Origin: Octopus vulgaris
Taxonomy: Eukaryota
Direction of reading: 5' to 3'
Assembly (NCBI GenBank): GCA_951406725.2
Contig: OX597821.1
Span: forward strand, 5,332,001 to 5,396,000
Length of the DNA: 64,000 bases
Shown: positions 54,710-64,000 of the stretch, one piece after another
Position numbering within the stretch: position 1 is the stretch's first letter
How the letters are laid out: every line of letters starts with the position of its first letter
Translations under genes and position numbers: made by a program
Notes under the pieces: generated by a model
Told to the model about the DNA's origin: nothing
What the model saw: the letters and a program-made list of their open reading frames with translations, nothing else
Databases searched by the model: none

Positions 54710-54760
54710 CTTAACTGCTGATAGCATCGGAAATTGCCGAAACTGACGCATTAGTCTTAA
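54710..54760 (+). ncRNA. Degenerate type I hammerhead ribozyme
   Basis: TTAA CTGCTGA TAGCATCGGAAATTGCC GAAA CTGACGCATTAG TC TTAA; one core mismatch. Confidence 0.55.
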
Positions 54761-54971
54761 TTGTTTTCAGTCGGCAATTTTCGGACAATCACGGTCCCTG
54801 TTAGTGTATACCTTTTCATTCATGTCCGTTTACTACTGCATTAGGACATTTTAGGTTTTATTTCTAGCAATGTAGGTGTTTTTTAACACCCAACTCACAT
54901 TTAGTGAGAATTATAATTCTCCATTTTGGTGAAACATTCCAACCTGTCCTTTACATTAATTTTTTATATAC

Positions 54972-55067
<96 letters not shown>

Positions 55068-55123
55068 GTGTGTGTGTGTGTGTGTGAGTGAGTGTGTGTG
55101 TGTATGTATGTATATACATATAT

Positions 55124-55236
55124 ACATAATGCTGAAAGATTTAAAAGGCCAGACAATGGAAATGGATTTTAAGATTTCAGTTTACGTTAAAATCTATTTG
55201 CATTCTTTGGCCTTTTAAATCTTTCAACATTATGTT
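55124..55236. repeat. ~110-bp imperfect palindrome/hairpin
   Basis: ACATAATGCTGAAAGATTTAAAAGGCCA...TGGCCTTTTAAATCTTTCAACATTATGT. Confidence 0.85.
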
Positions 55237-55290
55237 CCTTATACAATGTTTCAAGCAAACTATAAATTCTTTATATATATATATATGCAT

Positions 55291-55688
55291 GGGCGCAGGT
55301 GTGGCTGTGTGGTATGTAGCTTGCTTCCCAACCACATGGTTCTGGATTCAACCCCACTGCGTTGCACCTTCGACAAGTGTCTTCTATATTTCAGAGCGAC
55401 CACAGTGAATTCGGTAGACAGAAACTGAAACAAGCCAGTGGTATATACGTGTTTGTGTATGTGTGTGTGTGTGTGTGTGTGAATGTATGTATGGATATGT
55501 TTGTCCACCATCGTTTCACAACCGATGTTGGAGTGTTTACGTCCCCTGAGCTAGCGTTTCGACAAAAAAGTGCGATAAAATAGGTATTAGGTTTACAAGA
55601 GAATAAGTCCTGGGGTCGATTGGTTCGACTAAAGGTGGTGCTCCAGCATGGCTGCAGTTAAATGACTGAAAGAAATAAAAGACTAAAG
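55291..55688 (+). mobile_element. SINE family A, full length
   Basis: GGCGCAGGTGTGGCTGTGTGG head through ATGACTGAAA tail. Confidence 0.82.
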
Positions 55689-56271
55689 GTGTGTGTATGT
55701 GTGTCTGTGTGTATGTGTGTGTGTATATATATATTCTGTTTTGACTAAATCAGTCATAATCTTTGTCTTCCCGATTTCATGTTTTTCTTTTCTATTGACA
55801 ATTGCGTGGCAATTTTTTCTTCATGATTTTTTACTGAGACAGACTTAGAATTTTGCGAAAAAAAACCTTACATTTCCAAAGCTGAAAATTTCATCTCAAT
55901 GATTACATTTAGTTTGCATTCACCATAGCTCTTCACCACAATTTTGCAGTTGCTGCAGTTCTTATTCATTATAATTTCTAACTGTATCGTTGTCATTGCA
56001 ATTCGCCTATTTATCTCGTTTCCCCATAAAGGGTTCATCATAATGCATAAAGGAATGTCCAGGACAGAGAACGATGTAGGAGGTTAATAAAAAAATTCAA
56101 TGTGACAGAACGTCAGATATATAATGGTAACAAATGGACTTATAGTTCTATTTATCTATATAAACATGTATATATCTAAATGGTTCCATGTGTTTGTGCG
56201 TGCGTCTCTATGCGTCTTAAAATTTCCTGGGGTGATATATCATACACGCACAGGCACAGTGTTCTACATGC

Positions 56272-56337
<66 letters not shown>

Positions 56338-56385
56338 AAAGTTAAATGCGATACAATAAAATTAATTATAATCGCCGGTGTACCA

Positions 56386-56468
<83 letters not shown>

Positions 56469-56939
56469 CCTCCCTTGTTCCTACTATATGTATATATATA
56501 TATATATAGTAGAAACAAGGGAGGGGGAGATTTTCGATAATCCCCACTGGTGAGCTGTAATGCAAAAAAATATATACGTAAAGTAAAAGAGAAATGCAAA
56601 CAGTTTACCCAGTTTTAATATATTTTTTTATATATTTTATGAGAGAGTATTCTTTTTTCACTGGTTTCGCTTTCGCTAATCATGACATTGAAATCATGGT
56701 AATTTCGTATTTCTTTCACAAGCTTTTTAATCCCTGCTGTGTATGGGAGTTTGTGAATGAATCAACAAGTAGAAAAATTTAAGGGGAGGTAATTGGTGAT
56801 CGTTTTTATTCGGGACAAGGTTCAAATTCGTGCAAGGTGTTAAATAAATATACAAAAACTGAAACGGTAAAGTAGTGAATGGTATATGAACATGAATTAA
56901 AACATACACTGAGACCAACGTTGGTTGTTCGTTTATATT

Positions 56940-57800
56940 TAAGCGTGTTCTGTATTTTTCGATAAATAAATTTTCTTTATTTAAATGTTCTTATACATGA
57001 ATTGTTTCTTTGCAGTGGTAGATGGGGAAAACTGTGAAGTTTCGTTGGATATTACCTGGTTGAAACACATCAGAGTATGCGTTCACTCAAAGGAATCTGT
57101 CTGATCTGTGTGAAACAGACATGCTCCTTATGTTGTGTGGTTCTCCGTCTAAGTGCTATATTGTCTGTCCTTTATAGTTATGTCCACAACCTGAACAAGT
57201 TATGACATAAATTAGATTCTCTGACGCACAAGTGAAATTGGTTTTAATTATGAACCTCTTTCCTTGTTTGAATAGGAATTCTAAGGCTTCGAGTAATTTT
57301 GGGCATGTTCCACAGTTTGGGCGTCTACATCTTCTAACCATTGGTTCCGTGTTTTCTGTGAAAAGATTCGCATTTGTCAGAAGTCTTTTCAGTGATCTGT
57401 GATTATATTTGCTTTGGATTACTTTATGTGTTAGCAGAATGCTGTTCATTTTGGGATCCCTAGTGAGCATAGGTAGATTTTGAAGAATAGTGTTGTATGT
57501 TTGATCGTTTCTAGAGTTGAGAGTTGGTATATACGGTAATGTTTTGAGATAAGGTGTGGTGTTACGTTATTCTAATGCCTAAGATTTTGACACACTTAAT
57601 TCCACCTTCTATAAGTGGGGATGAATATTGTGTCTCAGTTTTGTTCTGAGGTTTTGGAAGCTGAGATTCCGGATATTTACACCAGACACTATTGTGCAAA
57701 TCCTTTTTGCGAAATTTAAGGGGATATTTATTTTCATGTGTTTCGGGTGTCATGAGATAAGCAGAAGATATTGACTTTTGAGTTCGTTGGTTTATGATAA
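56940..57800 (-). pseudogene. Penelope-like element (Neptune-type) RT thumb, Cys linker and GIY-YIG remnant
   Basis: QYLLLIS*HPKHMKINIPLNFAKRICTIVS; LPYIPT; CRRPNCGTC; FTCASENLIYVITCSGCGHNYKGQT; homologous to 27180-27830. Confidence 0.88.
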
Positions 57801-57926
57801 ATGTCATTTACAATTTGGTTGTTAACTTCTTTCCTCATATGTATAAAAAAAGGGCGCTGTTCTCTTCTGTATTCTATTTACACACACACACACACATACA
57901 TATATATATATATTTGTATATGTATG

Positions 57927-57984
<58 letters not shown>

Positions 57985-58168
57985 TATATGTATATATGTA
58001 TGTATATATATATACTTCAATTAACAGGTTGATATATATTAATATAGAGATATGTGAGAAATTTGACAGCTGACTGTTGGTGCTGCCACGTAGAGAGAGA
58101 TAGACACACATACATCATTGAAAGACACGCAAAACAGACAGAGAGAAACACAGAAAGATAGACAGATC

Positions 58169-58262
<94 letters not shown>

Positions 58263-58598
58263 CAGATAGATAGATAGATAGATCTTAACGTTTAAATGGA
58301 GGTAGTTAGCCTTTCTAGAAAGTGTGAGATTGTGAGATTAACGGCTAACGGTGGTACCGAAGACAATAATGATGTTGAACCATCAACTTCCATTTGCTCT
58401 GCTTCCAAGACATAATAATTAGGCTATATGGGCGGGTTATGGTCAAACCCTGCTGCTCGCATACAGTGTGTCAATTAACGCGCTGATTTATAGGGCCACA
58501 TAAACGTAGGTGTATATGTTTCCGTGTGAATTATATTCATATATATACATACATATATATATTATACATCTCTCTCTCTCTCTCTTTCGCTCTGTCTG

Positions 58599-58657
<59 letters not shown>

Positions 58658-58676
58658 CACTGTACGTATGTATATA

Positions 58677-58716
<40 letters not shown>

Positions 58717-58808
58717 TGAGATATATATAATATCTCAATTTATCCAATTATATCTCTATATGTACACACACTCTAATGTATATATATATATATATACTTA
58801 CACACACA

Positions 58809-58876
<68 letters not shown>

Positions 58877-58990
58877 CTTAGCATAGATATGTATAGATAT
58901 AGATATACAGATATACAGTTGTACATACATACATATATATTTTATGTACGTATAACCTCATAACCGTATGTAAATATATATGAATATAAC

Positions 58991-59030
<40 letters not shown>

Positions 59031-59674
59031 ATATATATATATATATATACACACAGACCTATACAAACGCAGACTATATGACAATATATAAATGTGTGTG
59101 TGTGGTAAGGTTTAATATATGAGCACGTACACTGCACACACATACACACACACTCACACGCACGCACATAAACATATAAACCCATATATACATACATACA
59201 TATATAACATATTTACGTATGTAGAAACACATATACGTATAACACAAGTAACATTAAGATTTAAATTACTGTACTGCAGTCGTTTTCATCTCCATCGTTC
59301 CCGGTGGATCCCATTCGCTGATATTTGCCTTCACTGCAGCTATCGATGCAAAAATATACTTATTGGTGCCTGAATAATGAAAGTTGAGGTTTATAGAATA
59401 ATGTGAAGCATACAAACTTTAGTACCTCATTATTGCCAACGAAGGTCTCCTTCATTTACCAGATTGCCAGTACTATTATGCTCTAGGGTAGTGGTCATAG
59501 AATTGAAATTAATTCTGCGTTTTCGTCGTGTGGTTTATGAGTAACTCTGTACGATAATAGTCAGTCGTTCGATGATCGAAAGAGGTTTCACCTGGTAGCT
59601 TGATGTCCTAGAAATAGCAACGGAAAGCTTCATTAAATCAACCTATTAGGATCTTAGGGAAAAGAATTAGAACT

Positions 59675-60007
59675 GCCTATGTGGTAAGAAGTTTAGTCGC
59701 CAACCTCATGAGTCCAGGTTCAATCCCACTGCCTGCCACCTTGAGCAAATGTCTTCTTGAGATGGATTTGATAGACAGAAACTCAAAGAATCCGGTCGTA
59801 AATATGTATATATATTTGTATGTGTGTGTGTATGTGTGTCTACTCCTTGGCCACAGGTTTTGTCGTGTTTACGTCCCCCAAACTTAGCGATTATGCATAC
59901 GAGATCGATAGAATAGGTACCAGGTTTTAAAAAGTACTGGGGTCGATTAATTCGACCTGAATTCTTCTATATTATGCCTCAGCATCGTTGCAGTCTAATG
60001 GCTTGAA
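59675..60007 (+). mobile_element. SINE family A, diverged
   Basis: GGTTCAATCCCACTG..CCTTGAGCAAATGTCTT..GATAGAATAGGTAC. Confidence 0.65.
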
Positions 60008-60032
60008 ATCTTAACCACTACTCCATATGCCC

Positions 60033-60134
60033 GTGGGCATATGGCCTAGTGGTTAAGAGCGCGGGCTACTAACTCCAAGATTGCGGGTTCGATTCCAAGC
60101 AGTGACCTGAATAATAATAATAATAATAATAATG

Positions 60135-60185
<51 letters not shown>

Positions 60186-60201
60186 TAATAATAATAATAA
60201 C

Positions 60202-60279
<78 letters not shown>

Positions 60280-60298
60280 CATAATCATAATAATAATA

Positions 60299-60333
<35 letters not shown>

Positions 60334-60520
60334 AACATCGAAAAATACCTTAGAAAGGAGAATCCAGGTTCGAAATTGCCACAAGACACATGATAAAGGC
60401 AGGAGAGTATATCAACTGAAACGGTGTGTTAACAACAAATAAGATGAGGACAAATATCCGTCAAATGTAAATAATTTAAATATTGTACATAATTCCTCAT
60501 CTCTTAAATATAGAACTGTA
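60033..60520 (+). mobile_element. tRNA-head + (TAA)n + hammerhead-like tail composite element
   Basis: A box TGGCCTAGTGG and B box GGTTCGATTCC; 60335-60520 is homologous to 45460-45630. Confidence 0.6.
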
Positions 60521-60975
60521 TGAAACAGTTATATTTTGGCAGAACCGTTCTAGTCTTTTAATAACACTCAAAAATGTTAAGCTAACTTGCGTGTTAGTAA
60601 TTGGGTTGAATGACTCTTCTACAATTTAAATGCTCCGCACACACGCATACTCGCACTCACACACACACACACACATACGCATACAGACATTCACACACGC
60701 ACTCACACCTATACACACGAACGCTCTCACGCGCACACAAACACGCATACATATTTGGTAAGTGAAAAAGAGATGGTCAGTGAAAGGAAGGTGTAGAGAG
60801 AGACAAAATGTTAGCCATAGATTTGGAGGAGAGAAACAGAGGGACACAAATACATGTGTGTGTGTGCGTGTGTGTGTGTGTGAGTATGTGCGTTGGTGTG
60901 TGTATGTGTATTTGAAATACTGTGCCAAGAACTTTCTATTTCTTATTTATATATATATATATATACATACATACA

Positions 60976-61052
<77 letters not shown>

Positions 61053-61165
61053 ATATATATATATAAATACACACACAAGCATATATATATGCACATATAA
61101 CTATATAAATATACATACATACATGCACATATGCAAACACACTCACACACACATACAATCACACC

Positions 61166-61251
<86 letters not shown>

Positions 61252-62027
61252 CACGCACACTCATAGATATAAAGAGCTAGATGTAGAGACAGAATGTGAC
61301 TGAGTGATATAGAATTAAAGAGATTCGGAAAGAGAAAGAGAAGGTCAGGGAATGAGAAAGGACGGAAAAAGAGTTATAAGAAGATACGTGAACAGACAGA
61401 CAGACAGTAAATAAAGCATATATGCAAAAAAAGACAAGGACTAGAGGACAAACGGACAGAGATTTACTTAAAATTTCTCAGACAGGAATTCCTAGACACG
61501 AAACCAACATTGCAAGAATTATGAATCCGTCTTATAAATCGAATTATTCCCCGCATCTTTTTTTTATTATTCTAATATATATATATTTCTTTTTTTATTC
61601 TCATACATACATTTCCTTTTTTTTTTTTGCTTACCAAATTAGTTTCCAGACTTGGAATATATAAATATGCGACCTTTACATTGCAAATTATTGATCACTA
61701 AAAACTATCCACATTCGAGAAGAAAGTAGAAAATATGGTAAAATAACAAATCTTCTGTGGCGAAAGATAATCCATAGCAACATTGAACTGCATAGTTAGA
61801 ATTATTGAACTTCTCATTTATCTCTATATACATATATACACATATATGTATATATATGAGGAATAGGTGTGTGTCTGTAGGCTGTACAATAAATAATTAG
61901 AGAAACGGAATGTGAGGTTTGGGGTGAGTGGGGCTGGCGGAAAACCCAGTCAATGGCAGAGTATAAGTTCTGCTTGTATTGTTTTGACGTTGCATCTTTA
62001 AATAAGAACGTCTTTCTTGCCACTTTT

Positions 62028-62077
<50 letters not shown>

Positions 62078-62079
<2 letters not shown>

Positions 62080-62220
62080 GACGGTCGTCTTTCAGTTTTC
62101 GTTTACTAAATCCACCGGCAAGGCTTTGATCGGCCCGAGGCTATAGTAGCTGACACTTGCCCAAGTTGCCACGCAGTGGGACTGAACCCAGAACCATATG
62201 GTTGGGAAGTAAGCTTCTTT
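62078..62220 (-). mobile_element. SINE family A, 5' part
   Basis: Reverse complement of the family head. Confidence 0.75.
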
Positions 62221-63059
62221 ATTTTATGGACAGCACAAGGAGGGGACAAAAATAAGAAAACGGATGGAATTAATGAAATTGTACAATGAAAGATGAAATG
62301 AAGATGCCCGGCCCCACCTCCAAAGGACTTCATTGAACCCTTTGCAACACCATTTACATTAATCTTTTGCAACAACTACTTTATACAGCCCCTTTTTTGT
62401 TTTAAATTATATTAATTTATAATACTAATAATCCTGCCTTAGAAACAGCTATTTTTTTAGACATAATATTTAACTTATTTTTTTTTAGATATCAACAGGG
62501 CTTACCAGTTCTGCCACTGTTCTGGTATCTGTCCTCTTGGTCCACCACTCATAATCGTAGTCTTCCTCGTAATCCGATAGTTTTACAAGGCATCCCAGGT
62601 CTGCCATCACACCTTAATAATTCCATTCCACGAGCTTATCTCGTTATCAAGATTTTCAGTTTCTCCGTCGTATATTACATATATTTCATTATCGGTCAAG
62701 GGTGGGAAAATTTTGGGCTCCTGTATGTTGCAATTGTATTTTTTTTTCAGACTGGGTATGGGGAGGATTGGTGTCTGTAGGAGTGGTTGGGGTAGAGTGG
62801 GTGAGGCTTCGGGTCATTTTTTACCCATGTGTTTTACTCCTCTTGCTGCTCTTTTTCTCCACCATTTCTCAGCTGTCATTTGATTGTTCCTCCTCAACGC
62901 TGGAATGTCTTCCTCTGTGGTGCCACATCTCTTTCTTCTTCCTCCAAGGTCAGTGGAGCATCAACCACTTTTCATTCTGTATCTCTTTATTCTTTTCATG
63001 TAGTGGAGAACACTCTGCTCTAATGTGGCCTTTCAGGCCACAGCCAAATTTATAGCATC

Positions 63060-63257
63060 GTGGAATCCTCAGCAATTTCGGAGCAGGTTGTAAGTCGATT
63101 ACATCAACGCTAATGTTAAAGTGGTACTTATTTCATCTACCCCGGAGAATGAAAGGAAAAGCCAACATCGGTGGAATTTGAACTCAGAACGTAAATGTGA
63201 ATGAAATGCCGATAAGCATGTGACCTGGCTTGCTTACAAATCTGCCAGGACACCGCC

Positions 63258-63259
<2 letters not shown>
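63060..63259 (-). mobile_element. SINE family B, diverged
   Basis: GGAATTTGAACTCAGAACGTAA signature. Confidence 0.65.
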
Positions 63260-63331
<72 letters not shown>

Positions 63332-63399
63332 AAGAAGAAGAAGAAGAAGAAGAAGAAGAAGAAGAAGAAGAAGAAGAAGAAGAAGAAGAAGAAGAAGAA
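63260..63399. repeat. (TAA)n(GAA)n microsatellite
   Basis: Directly visible. Confidence 0.97.
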
Positions 63400-64000
63400 T
63401 CTGATAATCGCTACCTCATGCGAGTGACAATGAAAAAGATATTGTGAATAGCTGTGGTAATGAAACTGAAGCCTTTGATGTTGACAGTATCGTACCCGGC
63501 TGGCTCAGAGATACTCGTCCGACTCCAGCTTGTCGTTATCCAGCAAGGACCAGCACATACGGCGTAGATGGAACAAACATGGGATACCGACAACGTGTGT
63601 ATGATGAATGGAGAGAAAGAGGATTGTTTCAACTCACGGAACAGAGATTATGTGATCAAGCTATAGCAGTATGAAAAAATCGTTGGTTCACAGAAGTAGG
63701 GCTCGAAGCTATCAAAAGACGGGTATTGGAAAACAGCAGCAGACGAAATGATGAAAATACAGTTCCTACTGATAAAAGCAATCTCATAGTCAAAAACAGA
63801 GGTGATATCTCTAATAAACCACAAGAAAGGAACAGTGACAGCTTGGTCGAAGAGTGATATATAGATGGTTTGGAAGAAGATAAGTAAACTAATGGTGACA
63901 TGACAGATGGGCAAAAGTCAATCTACGACAGAATAAAGGCAAGGCTACAGGAGAATTATAGCGATATTATTTGCAACCTTAAAAAGGTTGATTGGTGGAA
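63400..64000 (+). pseudogene. Dong/R4-like non-LTR retrotransposon, N-terminal ORF remnant (runs off the window)
   Basis: GYRQRVYDEWRERGLFQLTEQRLCDQAIAV*KNRWFTEVGLEAIKRR resembles the GYR.RM...W...EQRL.DQ N-terminal motif of R4/Dong elements; internal stops. Confidence 0.6.

Larger units (their letters stand above)
54071..54965. mobile_element. Older ~320-bp hammerhead-containing repeat: one minus copy plus ~1.8 tandem plus copies
   Basis: 54071-54390 is the diverged reverse complement of the unit repeated at 54395-54965 (GAAA boxes at 54417 and 54739, period 322). Confidence 0.75.

Noticed and set aside
62506-62612. Possible minus-strand exon ending at a GTAAG donor
   Set aside because: The acceptor lacks a pyrimidine tract and there is no homology evidence.

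Overview
AT-rich, microsatellite-saturated eukaryotic genomic DNA; the SINE families and repeat landscape suggest a cephalopod (Octopus-like), which is an inference. Almost all ORF-track entries are translations of simple repeats. Recognisable content: several tRNA-derived SINE families, decayed LINEs (CR1-like, RTE, Dong/R4-like), three Penelope-like (GIY-YIG) retroelement remnants, a DD37D Tc1/mariner fragment, a non-autonomous Helitron, a MITE and one candidate host exon (40276-40518). The main finding is a ~490-bp tandem/inverted repeat (5070-7502, second locus 22544-23152). Each complete unit carries a type I hammerhead ribozyme with an unusually long stem II inside a highly self-complementary unit, which fits a retrozyme-like, probably circular-RNA-forming element that may be mobilised by Penelope-like elements into (TA)n tracts. 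A second, older ~320-bp hammerhead repeat family with the same architecture lies at 54071-54965, and further degenerate hammerhead motifs are scattered through the window. All folds were worked out by eye, not computed.
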